DNA of 64,000 nucleotides from Lachnospiraceae bacterium (GCA_017442865.1 JAFRXK010000010.1:17810-81809); one strand, 5' to 3'. Shown: positions 1 to 9,164, numbered from the stretch's first letter. A program made the numbers and translations. The notes: generated by a model from the sequence alone, not told the origin.

Positions 1-364
1 GTTTATGGTGCTTCCGATGTACAATGTATTAAGCAAGATTAGCGATGACACCATCGAGGCAGCTCACGACCTCGGGGCAAATGCTTTCCAGACCTTTATA
101 AAGGTTATCCTTCCGCTGAGCGTCCCGGGCATTGTAAGCGGTATTACCATGGTATTCGTGCCTGCGCTTACGACCTTCGTTATCTCGGATATCCTCGGCG
201 GCGGCATGATTTTGCTTATCGGAAATGTTATCGAGCAGGAATTTACCTTCTCAAACAACTGGAATTTAGGCTCAGGACTGTCGCTGGTGCTTATGATATT
301 TATTATTATCAGCATGATTATGATTGCAATATTTGATAAAGATGGGGAGGGAACGGTATTCTGA
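1..364 (+). CDS. potB: Spermidine/putrescine ABC transporter permease PotB, C-terminal part (5' end outside window)
   Basis: The frame is open to the window start. It has an ABC permease EAA-type loop (IEAAHDLGANAFQTFIKVILP) and C-terminal TM helices. Its stop overlaps the potC start (ATGA at 361-364), and potC and potD follow. Confidence 0.85.
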   Translation, partial: FMVLPMYNVLSKISDDTIEAAHDLGANAFQTFIKVILPLSVPGIVSGITMVFVPALTTFVISDILGGGMILLIGNVIEQEFTFSNNWNLGSGLSLVLMIFIIISMIMIAIFDKDGEGTVF

Positions 365-1131
365 TGAAAAAATTTTTATCCTCAACCTACATGGCAATAA
401 TACTGTTATTTATGTACATCCCTATTGTTGCACTTATTATTTTGTCATTTAACAGTTCAAAATACATGTCTACCTGGACAGGCTTCAGCTTTAGATGGTA
501 TGGGCAGCTGTTATCAAGCACTATTATAAAGGATGCACTAAGGAATACTCTTATTATCGCTTTTTTATCAGCGACAATTGCAACAATTCTCGGCACAGTC
601 GCAAGCATCGGAATCAACAATATGAAGAAAATGCCTAAGACAATCACCATGGGTATCACAAACATTCCTATGCTCAACGCCGAAATAGTTACCGCTATTT
701 CACTCATGCTTGTTTTTATTGCAATTGGCTTAAAGCTTGGATTTTTAACAATCCTTATCGGTCATATAACCTTTAATCTGCCTTACGTCATTTTAAGCGT
801 TATGCCGAGGCTAAAGCAGACCGAGATAAGCACCTATGAAGCGGCACTTGACCTTGGCGCAAGCCCGTTTAAGGCGTTTATGAAAGTTGTGCTTCCGGAC
901 ATCATGCCGGGCGTCACCTCAGGTTTTCTGCTTGCATTTACGATGTCGCTCGACGATTTCGTAATAACACATTTCACCAAAGGAAGCGGTATAAACACTC
1001 TTTCCACACTTATATACAGTGAAGTCCGAAAAGGCATTAAACCAAGCCTTTACGCACTTTCAACTATAATGTTTATAACGGTAATCATTATTTTGTTTAT
1101 CGCAAACAAGCCTAAAAAATCAGAACAATAA
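364..1131 (+). CDS. potC: Spermidine/putrescine ABC transporter permease PotC
   Basis: 255 aa with six predicted TM segments and the permease loop YEAALDLGASPFKAFMKVVLP. It is translationally coupled to the upstream permease gene. Confidence 0.9.
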   Translation: MKKFLSSTYMAIILLFMYIPIVALIILSFNSSKYMSTWTGFSFRWYGQLLSSTIIKDALRNTLIIAFLSATIATILGTVASIGINNMKKMPKTITMGITNIPMLNAEIVTAISLMLVFIAIGLKLGFLTILIGHITFNLPYVILSVMPRLKQTEISTYEAALDLGASPFKAFMKVVLPDIMPGVTSGFLLAFTMSLDDFVITHFTKGSGINTLSTLIYSEVRKGIKPSLYALSTIMFITVIIILFIANKPKKSEQ

Positions 1132-1145
1132 TCAGGAGGACTACA

Positions 1146-2213
1146 ATGAAAAGAATCACTTGCTTATTAATTTCCACACTTTTAATTTTATCATCATTAT
1201 TAATGCTTGGCGGCTGCGGCGGCAGCAAAAGCGCTAATGTTGTAAGAGTTTACAACTGGGGAGACTATATCGATGAAGAGGTTCTCGATATGTTTGAAGA
1301 AGAGACCGGCATAAAGGTTATCTACGATACCTTCGAGACAAATGAAGAGATGTATCCTAAGATTGCTGCAGGCGGCGTTGACTATGATGTTATCTGCCCG
1401 TCAGATTATATGATTGAAAAGCTTCTCGCCAACAATCTGCTTCTGGAAATCAATTTTGAGAACATTCCTAACCTCTCATATATTCAGAAGTCGGTTATGG
1501 AAATGTCAAAGGCATTTGACCCTGAAAACAAATATTCCGTACCATATACCTACGGAACCCTCGGCATAATTTACAACACAAAAATAATAAAAGATGAAAT
1601 TGACAGCTGGGATGCGCTCTGGAACGAAGCATACTCAGGCGAAATTCTTATGTACAACAGTCCTCGTGACCTCTTTACCGCTCCGCTTATGAGACTCGGT
1701 TACTCAATCAACACAACCGACAAGCAGCAGCTTAGAGAAGCTGCAGATATGCTGCTTGAGCAAAAGCCTCTGCTGCAGAGATATGTTATGGACCAGATAA
1801 AGGACAGCCTTATCTCTGAAAGCGCTGCTATTGCAATGGCATATTCAGGCGAGGTGCTTGCAATTCAGGAAAAGAACGAAAATCTTGCCTACGTTATCCC
1901 TAAGGAAGGTACAAATTACTTTATTGATTCATGGGTAATTCCAACCTGTGCTGAGAACAAGGCAAATGCCGAGGCATGGATTAACTTCCTTAACCGCCCG
2001 GACATCGCATACAAGAACTTCGAATACATCACATACGCTACGCCAAACACAGGCGCACAGGAGCTTATGGATGAAGAATTAAAGGACAATCCGGCGCTCT
2101 TCCCTTCAGATGAAATCGTGGCAAACTGCGAGGTATTCCATTCACTTGGGGATGAAGGCGACCAGATGTACAGTGACCTATGGATGGAAATTAAGAATGC
2201 ATCAGTAAAATAA
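1146..2213 (+). CDS. potD: Spermidine/putrescine-binding lipoprotein PotD
   Basis: It has a lipoprotein signal with lipobox LGGC. The PotD/PotF-type periplasmic binding protein sequence reads VRVYNWGDYIDEEVL...IKVIYDTFETNEEM. An AGGAGG Shine-Dalgarno lies 5 nt upstream. Confidence 0.9.
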   Translation: MKRITCLLISTLLILSSLLMLGGCGGSKSANVVRVYNWGDYIDEEVLDMFEEETGIKVIYDTFETNEEMYPKIAAGGVDYDVICPSDYMIEKLLANNLLLEINFENIPNLSYIQKSVMEMSKAFDPENKYSVPYTYGTLGIIYNTKIIKDEIDSWDALWNEAYSGEILMYNSPRDLFTAPLMRLGYSINTTDKQQLREAADMLLEQKPLLQRYVMDQIKDSLISESAAIAMAYSGEVLAIQEKNENLAYVIPKEGTNYFIDSWVIPTCAENKANAEAWINFLNRPDIAYKNFEYITYATPNTGAQELMDEELKDNPALFPSDEIVANCEVFHSLGDEGDQMYSDLWMEIKNASVK

Positions 2214-2243
2214 AACTATGATTCAGTATGTTATATAAATAAA

Positions 2244-2312
2244 TTGCAAAAACATATCCACGCAAGCTTCGGCGCGCAGGCGCTTGCTTTGGATATGTTT
2301 TTTGCAATTTAT
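2244..2312 (+). terminator. potD intrinsic terminator (long hairpin plus T-run)
   Basis: ttgcaaaaacatatccacgcaagc (2244-2267) pairs with gcttgctttggatatgttttttgcaa (2282-2307), followed by ttt. The complementarity extends back into the last potD codons (see findings). Confidence 0.7.
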
Positions 2313-2822
2313 AACATACTGTATCGAATTATTTTACTGATGTATTTTAGCTCTAAGCTTAATAATTACTTAAAGCTTCGGCGCGCAGGCTTGCCTGGGA
2401 TATGGTTTTTGAAATTTTAAGCATACTGAATTGCCCTATTAATTTATAATTCATTTTCCTGAGCAAATTTGCAGCTGTGTTTAGCGCGCAGGCGCTTGCT
2501 TTGGATATGTTTTTTGCAATTTATAACATACTGTATCGAATTATTTTACTGATGTATTTTGGCTCTAAGCTTAATAATTACTTAAAGCTTCGGCGCGCAG
2601 GCGCTTGCTTTGGATATGTTTTTTGCAATTTATAACATACTGTATCGAATTTTTTTACTGATGCATTTTGGCTCTAAGCTTAATAATTACTTAAAGCTTC
2701 GGTACGCAGGCGCTTGCTTTGGATATGTTTTTGCAATTTATAACATACTGTATCGAATTATTTTACTGATGTATTTTGGCTCTAAGCTTAATAATTACTT
2801 AAAGCTTCGCGCGCAGGCTTGT
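2268..2822. repeat. Tandem array of 105-109 bp units (4 well-conserved, 1 degenerate, 1 truncated)
   Basis: The unit marker gcttgctttggatatg recurs at 2282, 2494, 2603 and 2712. A degenerate copy lies at 2389 and a truncated copy at 2817. Units are contiguous with no spacers. Confidence 0.9.
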
Positions 2823-2826
2823 ATTT

Positions 2827-3228
2827 TTACTTATCTTCTAAATGCAGATGCTTTTTCAAGCCTTCTACCAGCACCGACGAAAAGTTAATATTGTTTTGAT
2901 TTGCAAGTATATTTAACCATACCGGAATCGTCAGCGTCTTTTTGACATATGAAGTCTTTATCTGCGAGCGGTGGTATGGCATCCATACATTAATATAAAC
3001 AAGCTTCTGCTTATCTGTCGTCTTCAAATCTGTTGAAGGAACAGGCAGTTCTTTCCCTTCTTCCTCATAACCGCTAATCATAAGCGACAATACGTCCTGG
3101 GCGTACTCCACCGCCTCCTGTTCATTCTCTGCAAATGTGTATGCGCCATCAATATCAGGGAATGAAATATTAATATATCCCTCTTCACTATAATCAAAAA
3201 TTGCCGGATATGTATAATTATCTTTCAT
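2827..3228 (-). CDS. hicB: HicB-family antitoxin (N-terminal HicB fold plus C-terminal ribbon-helix-helix-like DNA-binding tail)
   Basis: YTYPAIFDYSEEGYINISFPDIDGAYTFAENEQEAVEYAQDVL is typical of HicB/UPF0150. The start is set at ATG 3228 (GAGGTG Shine-Dalgarno 6 nt upstream) rather than the tracked GTG 3237. Confidence 0.8.
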   Translation of the reverse strand: MKDNYTYPAIFDYSEEGYINISFPDIDGAYTFAENEQEAVEYAQDVLSLMISGYEEEGKELPVPSTDLKTTDKQKLVYINVWMPYHRSQIKTSYVKKTLTIPVWLNILANQNNINFSSVLVEGLKKHLHLEDK

Positions 3229-3247
3229 GTTTCTCACCTCTGCATTT

Positions 3248-3275
3248 ATTATAGCACGTATTTAATACGTGTCAA
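3248..3275 (-). promoter_or_regulatory. hicB promoter with embedded palindromic operator
   Basis: The minus strand reads TTGACA (3275-3270), a 16-nt spacer, then TATAAT (3253-3248). A perfect 8-1-8 palindrome cacgtatt-t-aatacgtg (3255-3271) fills the spacer. Confidence 0.55.
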
Positions 3276-3640
3276 TATTTTTTTGCAATATAATTTTTTT
3301 ATGAGCATATTTTAACTTTAAATATCGTATGTACCGTTAAGCTTTTGCTTTTTTATATAGGAAAGTCTTGTGTGATAATACGGTTTAACATTTTGCATTT
3401 TATAAATATTATGATATAATATACTTGCTTTTCAATATAGTGGCTTATCCGAATAGCATTATATTACAATATAATTCAGAATCAAAATCTCTGAATTACA
3501 AGTGAACCGGTATAAATATATAACTCCTTATTGAGATGGAGAGGTCAGGAAGGGTTTGATAAAAAGCACATGTGCTTACCTAATGGTTCCGAAGACATGA
3601 AACTATTTTTAACGTATTCACTTTATTCGGAGGTAGTCAT

Positions 3641-3835
3641 ATGCGCTATAGAGAAGTTGTAAAGAAGTTACGTAAGGCAGGATGGTACGAGGTCCGTCAA
3701 AACGGGAGCCATCACCAGTTTACACACGCAGAATGTGGGTATGTAGTAACTGTAGCGGAACACGGCGGAAAAGATATTCCAAAGGGTACTCTCGAAGCAA
3801 TTGAAAAGTCAACAGGTCTGTCTCTTAAGAGATAG
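3641..3835 (+). CDS. hicA: HicA-family mRNA interferase toxin
   Basis: 64 aa. KKLRKAGWYEVRQNGSHHQFTH matches the HicA/YcfA signature (G-S-H). A GGAGG Shine-Dalgarno lies 7 nt upstream. Confidence 0.85.
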   Translation: MRYREVVKKLRKAGWYEVRQNGSHHQFTHAECGYVVTVAEHGGKDIPKGTLEAIEKSTGLSLKR

Positions 3836-3846
3836 ACCTGTTTTTA
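3812..3846 (+). terminator. hicA terminator
   Basis: acaggtct (3812-3819) pairs with agacctgt (3834-3841), followed by ttttt. The hairpin overlaps the hicA stop codon. Confidence 0.6.
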
Positions 3847-3887
3847 TGTCCGTTTAAAAGCGGCTTATAACATTTTTGATGATTGCC

Positions 3888-6731
3888 TTATTCAGGCCGC
3901 TTATACTGCTTTAACGCGCATTTTTTATTATCACATATAAGTATCACCGCCCCACATTCCTTCGTCACATACACCCTCGCCCCTGCCGCATACAATCTCT
4001 CCAGTGCCTCCTTCGCAGGATGTCCGTAGGTGTTGTTCTCCGAGCAGGATATGACTGCCGCTTCAGGTCTGACGCTTTCCAAAAATGCCTCACCGCTTGA
4101 GTATTTTGAACCATGATGCCCGACCTTTAACACATCGCAGTCAAGGCTTACGCCAAGCTCTGCGGCGTTTTTCATCACTCGTTCCTCCCCCGCCATGTCA
4201 AGGTCTCCGGTAAACAAAACGCTAAAGCTTTCATTTTTTTCCGTCCTGCACTCCAGCTTAAGCACCATTGAACTGCCGTTTGCATCCTCTATATAATCAT
4301 TTTCCCCGGGGTTTAAGCAGGTAAATGATGTGTCTCCAAAGGACAGCGACTCACCCGTACCGATAAGCATAACCGGTATATTATAGTCCTCTGCCAGGAC
4401 TATTAATTCATCAAAGCCTTCATTGATGCCAAGCGCATCCGGCAGAATTATACTTTTAACACGCCCGCTTAAAATCAAATCATCCGCGCCATTTATATGG
4501 TCGGTGTCGGCATGGCTTAAAAACAGGCAGTCAACGCTTTTTATTCCGTAGAAATTGAGCATCGGAATAATTCTTGCAAGCCCGACATCATTAACACTTG
4601 AGCTTCCGCAGTCTATAAGCGCCGTCCTGCCGTTTGGAGTCTGTACCAGAATGCTGTCTCCCTGCCCTACATCAGCAAAGGTCATGGTCAGGCACCTGTT
4701 GTTTTTCGCAGTAATAATAATAAAGCATAATGCCGCTGAAAACATCAGCAGCGCAAATCTTATGATAATACGTGGCTGCTTTCCCCCAATTTTAGCTGCT
4801 GCTTCTGTGTCGTCTATACTGTCTATGTAACCTAAATGCGGCTGTTTTACGCCCGTTTTAGCTGCTGCAATGGTTGTGTTTTTCTCATTAATTTGCTTCT
4901 TAAGTATCTCAGTTTTTTCTTCACTCTCAGATGCTTTTTTTTCACTCTTCTTCTCTAACATGTGTTTTGCGGATATCTCAGTTTTTCCTTCGCTCTCCGG
5001 CACATTTTTATCTGCCCTCTTCTCTCTTAACAGGCTGCACGACATAAGCCGCATAACCAGTCCGAGCACAATATAATACACCGCAATTTTCCACACAGCC
5101 GGTCTTCCGATAATCATCTGTGCAAAAGGAATATTGCCGGTAAGCTCGCAAATTCTCTTATAAAACAGCAGTATATAATGTGCTGCTCCCGATGAAAACA
5201 GCGCGGCGTTTCTGCTTAATTCCGAAATAAAAACCGCCGAAAAGCCTGATACCATTACTAGGGATGCAAACGGAATTACCGCAAGATTTAACAACACGGC
5301 AAATGAAGGATATACATACATGAAATAAAGAAGCACAGGCATTGTGCACCACTGGATAACGACGCCGGCCACAATGGTTTTTATGATAACATTTTTAATG
5401 TGAAGGTATTTGATGACAAGCGGGGAAACAAGTGCGATTGATAAAATGCAGGAGACTGACATTAGAAACGCAAACTGATAAAGCATTAACGGATATTCAC
5501 AAAGCACCATAATTGCTGACAGACATAACGCCGACGCCATATCGTAGCTTTTGCCGAGACATTCAGCCGCAAGAAATATAATAAACATTATTATTGCCCT
5601 GAGAGACGATGTGCCGAGTCCCGTCATGATTCCATACATTACAATAATCGTCCCGGAAATCGCTGCAGACAATATAAAGCCTGCAGCAAGCCTTCTTAAC
5701 AGCCTGTAAATTCCCCTGCCTATCAGCGAAATGTGCAGACCGCTTATGGTAAGAAGGTGTGCAATCCCCGCAAATTGATAAAGTGATTTCAGATTATCAT
5801 CAAGGCTCGTTCTGTCACCAAGCAGCATTGCCGAAAGCACCTCTAAGTCCTCGCCTGAAAAAGTCCGGACAAGTCCCGCACGCAGCCTTTCCTTTAATTC
5901 AAACAGCCATTTATACACCCTGCTTCTCTGATAGCCTGTGACCTTTAAATAGTCTGCATTAACATAGTATTTAATGCCCAAAGCTTTATAATATTCCAGC
6001 GCATCAAACTGTCCCGGATTTGCCGCAGGCTTTAATCTGCTGATTGTGCCCGACAGGCTCACACTGCTGCCCGGAATTACTCCGTAATGAGTACTGTCAG
6101 TATACACAAAAAGCCTCTTCACCTTATACTGCCTTTCAAACAGTCTTACGGACACATCTTTAATTGTAAATCTAATGGAATTATCAAATTCCTCGCATTT
6201 TTCTACAACCCCTTCAGCAAAGACATATATTTCATCATAAATGACAGCATCCGTTTTGCCCAAATAAGCCTTAGCCTTTGTATAAGTACCGGTCGAAGCT
6301 GCATTACCGGTTTTTCCAGATAAGGCTTCAACCCCTGAATGCACGTCATACATCTCTTCTTCCCTTAAATACACACCATGCAAGGCTTCTGCCCCTGAAT
6401 GCACGCCATGCAAGGCTTCAGCCCCTGAATGTACGTCATACAACTCTTCAGTCCACAGCCTGTCAAAGGCAGTTTCATAACCTGCCGAAAGCATCACAAT
6501 AACGCCCGCATAAAAAAATACGGGCAATGCAAGCCACAGCCTGCTCTGCCCGGTTTTGTTCATAACAGCATCATGAGGGCGCCGCCTAAAGGCGCCCACT
6601 CTGCTTATAAATAAGAAAATTGCAAATGCTGCAGTCACGCTGCAGATAAATGCATTCCAAAGACCAATCCAGGCAAATACCTCTCCAAGTACAAAGCCCG
6701 CGAAATAATAAACAAAAGGTCTTTTAATAAT
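3888..6731 (-). CDS. comEC: DNA internalization competence protein ComEC/Rec2 (competence domain plus C-terminal metallo-beta-lactamase domain)
   Basis: It has a multi-TM competence domain (LLTISGLHISL) and a C-terminal MBL domain (LFLSHADTDHINGA, KVGHHGS). The tracked ORF starts at GTG 6638. The 5' end is extended here to a probable ATT start at 6731 (see finding). Confidence 0.85.
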   Translation of the reverse strand: MIKRPFVYYFAGFVLGEVFAWIGLWNAFICSVTAAFAIFLFISRVGAFRRRPHDAVMNKTGQSRLWLALPVFFYAGVIVMLSAGYETAFDRLWTEELYDVHSGAEALHGVHSGAEALHGVYLREEEMYDVHSGVEALSGKTGNAASTGTYTKAKAYLGKTDAVIYDEIYVFAEGVVEKCEEFDNSIRFTIKDVSVRLFERQYKVKRLFVYTDSTHYGVIPGSSVSLSGTISRLKPAANPGQFDALEYYKALGIKYYVNADYLKVTGYQRSRVYKWLFELKERLRAGLVRTFSGEDLEVLSAMLLGDRTSLDDNLKSLYQFAGIAHLLTISGLHISLIGRGIYRLLRRLAAGFILSAAISGTIIVMYGIMTGLGTSSLRAIIMFIIFLAAECLGKSYDMASALCLSAIMVLCEYPLMLYQFAFLMSVSCILSIALVSPLVIKYLHIKNVIIKTIVAGVVIQWCTMPVLLYFMYVYPSFAVLLNLAVIPFASLVMVSGFSAVFISELSRNAALFSSGAAHYILLFYKRICELTGNIPFAQMIIGRPAVWKIAVYYIVLGLVMRLMSCSLLREKRADKNVPESEGKTEISAKHMLEKKSEKKASESEEKTEILKKQINEKNTTIAAAKTGVKQPHLGYIDSIDDTEAAAKIGGKQPRIIIRFALLMFSAALCFIIITAKNNRCLTMTFADVGQGDSILVQTPNGRTALIDCGSSSVNDVGLARIIPMLNFYGIKSVDCLFLSHADTDHINGADDLILSGRVKSIILPDALGINEGFDELIVLAEDYNIPVMLIGTGESLSFGDTSFTCLNPGENDYIEDANGSSMVLKLECRTEKNESFSVLFTGDLDMAGEERVMKNAAELGVSLDCDVLKVGHHGSKYSSGEAFLESVRPEAAVISCSENNTYGHPAKEALERLYAAGARVYVTKECGAVILICDNKKCALKQYKRPE

Positions 6732-7664
6732 TTAATCCTCCTCCAGGGTTCCTACATAATCAAGATTTCTGTCAAGCGGTCCGCTGCCGACATCTAAATC
6801 AAGGTCTGAAACAGGCGTACCGTCAACCATAATCTGCACCTTATTTACAGTCGAAAGCTCAGTCAGTGAATTAACCAGCGAGTATACCGAAATATCTGTA
6901 CCAAGATTCAGCGAATTATCTATAAATGCAGCGTCAAAATTAACATAGCAGATTCCATCGCTAACATTTATACTAAGTATATTTAAGTCCTCAGGCAGTG
7001 TAGGGTATACTCCGTCCTCATTCGGTCCTTCAATAAGCTGAGATATTACAAGACGTTCATTTGATACCGCATTACTAAACACAACGTCCCTGTCGCATTC
7101 TATAAGCTTCTTGCCGGATTCATCAGTAAAATACAACGTGATTTCCATACGCTTAAGTGCCTCAATATCATTGTTATCTATCAGCATTGATAAATTCATC
7201 TTGGAAATATCCCTGCCTGACGCATCCTTAAGATTATTATTGCCTATCAGAAATGATATATATTCTACATCCGGTATCTGGCATAATGTCTTTGTTACCG
7301 CAGCCCTGCATAATATTGCGTCCGTGGAATTAAGCTCATAATAATCAGATGAAAAGCTTACCGAAATCATATTCTGCTGTGCATCATAATGCGTCCAGAG
7401 AATTCTTATATTGTCCGGCAATGCGCTCGAGCACTCGACGCTTTCCGGACTGCCCGTCATGCGTTCAAACAGCTGCGCAATAAGCTTGTCCTTATCCTTC
7501 TCTTCCGTTACATAATCCTCAGCCACAAGCTTTATCTTTGACTGATCCCTGTAATATATCTTATATAAGCCTTCATCCAAAGCTTTATTTTTACTGCCGC
7601 AGCCCGTTATAGTGCAAAAACCAAGGAGCAGAATCGTCATAAGCATAATTAATATCTTCTTCAT
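6732..7664 (-). CDS. GerMN-domain lipoprotein (two GerMN-like repeats)
   Basis: The lipobox is LLGFCTITGC. The sequence resembles the spore-germination GerM-type domain (VQIMVDGTPV, ICYVNFDAAF). It lies immediately downstream of the histidine kinase gene. Confidence 0.7.
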   Translation of the reverse strand: MKKILIMLMTILLLGFCTITGCGSKNKALDEGLYKIYYRDQSKIKLVAEDYVTEEKDKDKLIAQLFERMTGSPESVECSSALPDNIRILWTHYDAQQNMISVSFSSDYYELNSTDAILCRAAVTKTLCQIPDVEYISFLIGNNNLKDASGRDISKMNLSMLIDNNDIEALKRMEITLYFTDESGKKLIECDRDVVFSNAVSNERLVISQLIEGPNEDGVYPTLPEDLNILSINVSDGICYVNFDAAFIDNSLNLGTDISVYSLVNSLTELSTVNKVQIMVDGTPVSDLDLDVGSGPLDRNLDYVGTLEED

Positions 7665-7676
7665 ATATTCTCACTC

Positions 7677-9164
7677 CTATTCAATATATATAAGCGGTAT
7701 GCGGACATTAAATGTAGTGCCCTCATCCAGCTTGCTGTACAGCTTAATATCGCCCTTGTGCGAAAAAACAATACTCTGGGTTATCGCAAGTCCCAGACCG
7801 GTTCCGCCCGATTCCCTTGAGCGCGCCTTATCAACCCTGTAGAATCTGTCAAAAACCTTGTCCTGCTCATTATCAGGTATGCCTATACCATTGTCCTCAA
7901 CCTTCACAAAGAAATACTTATGGTCGGCGTTTAACGTAACCTTTACCCAGCCGCCCTCGCGGTTATACTTGATGGCATTCTCCACAAGATTTGAAAGTGC
8001 AAGCGTCAGCTTCATCTCATCGACCTCAGCGACAACAGGTCTGAAGCTTTCGAGTATAAGCTCAACATTTTTCTTTGCGGCAATAGGTGTAAGCTGCTTT
8101 AACAGTGCCTCAAGCAAATCGTTAATCTTTGTCTCGGTAATATTTAACGAATTGCTTGTCTTGTCCATTCTAACCAGAGATAGCAGGTCCTCGATAATAC
8201 GGTTCTCCCTGTCAACCTCATTTGCAATATCGACCATAAACTCCCTGTAAAGCTCAACAGGAACATCCTCCTGCGAATTTAACGAATCCGCAAGAATCTT
8301 TATAGAGGTTATAGGCGTCTTAAGCTCATGTGATACATTTGAAACAAACTGCTGTCTCGATTCATCAAGGTTTTTAAGCTTTGCAAGCACCTTGTTGTAC
8401 GAGTCCGAAATGTCTCTTGTCTCTTTATAAGTGGATACAACAATATCCTCCTGCACATTGTATTTTGCAGACTCCTTAAACTTGCCGACCAGCTTCCTTA
8501 ACGGTTTCATAAGCAGCGCCGAAACAAAATATGACAGCACCGCAATAATGATAAACGTAATAATTTCTATAATATCAATTATAACCGTAACTCTTTTATT
8601 CCATGCCTCAACATCAGCAGCGTCCACAGAGAATAAAAGCACACCGGACAGGGCATCCTCTGCCTGCGACACTATCGGCTGCACAATATTGATATTCCAG
8701 CCTGAACGCTTGTAAAAAGACTTTGTGCCGTCCGACATACACTTCATAACCAGTTCTGAAATATTATACCTGCCCTTGTCAATAACATATGTATCTCCTA
8801 CAATAACATATGTATTATCAATAACCTCTGCCCTGCCATTATAAAAGTTCGCCATCTGCACCAGCTGAGAATTTAACACCGCATTATCGGTATTGGCAAA
8901 ATATTCGCCCTTTGAAAGCTGGTTAGACATAATAAGGCTGTGATTTTGAACATCCATGACCAGATTGTTCATCTGAACAGAGACCGCAGCACTTCGGATA
9001 ACACCACAAACCACAATAACCGGCAGCATGGCAAATAAAACGAGGACTAAAATAAGTATTATTCTAAGGCTGGTGGCTTTTGATAACAGCTTCTTAACCC
9101 TTAAAATAATAACCAACCCCCCACTTGGTAAATACGAACTGCGGAGCTGTCGCATTTGCCTCAA
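7677..9164 (-). CDS. Sensor histidine kinase (2 TM, HAMP, HisKA, HATPase_c)
   Basis: The H-box is FVSNVSHELKTPITSI, the N-box LSNLVENAIKY and the G-boxes DNGIGIP and GGTGLGLAI. The true start may be internal (ATG 9155 or TTG 9116), because the tracked ORF overlaps the response-regulator gene end by 71 nt. Confidence 0.85.
   Translation of the reverse strand: MRQMRQLRSSYLPSGGLVIILRVKKLLSKATSLRIILILVLVLFAMLPVIVVCGVIRSAAVSVQMNNLVMDVQNHSLIMSNQLSKGEYFANTDNAVLNSQLVQMANFYNGRAEVIDNTYVIVGDTYVIDKGRYNISELVMKCMSDGTKSFYKRSGWNINIVQPIVSQAEDALSGVLLFSVDAADVEAWNKRVTVIIDIIEIITFIIIAVLSYFVSALLMKPLRKLVGKFKESAKYNVQEDIVVSTYKETRDISDSYNKVLAKLKNLDESRQQFVSNVSHELKTPITSIKILADSLNSQEDVPVELYREFMVDIANEVDRENRIIEDLLSLVRMDKTSNSLNITETKINDLLEALLKQLTPIAAKKNVELILESFRPVVAEVDEMKLTLALSNLVENAIKYNREGGWVKVTLNADHKYFFVKVEDNGIGIPDNEQDKVFDRFYRVDKARSRESGGTGLGLAITQSIVFSHKGDIKLYSKLDEGTTFNVRIPLIYIE

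Noticed and set aside
2268-2822. Possible CRISPR array, because of regular repeats
   Set aside because: Units are 105-109 bp and directly abut each other with no unique spacers. No cas genes are nearby. The units are copies of the potD 3' region.
2610-2888. Tracked 92-aa ORF on the plus strand
   Set aside because: It reads straight through the tandem repeats, so its peptide sequence is periodic. It has no Shine-Dalgarno and overlaps the hicB 3' end. It is an artefact of the repeat.
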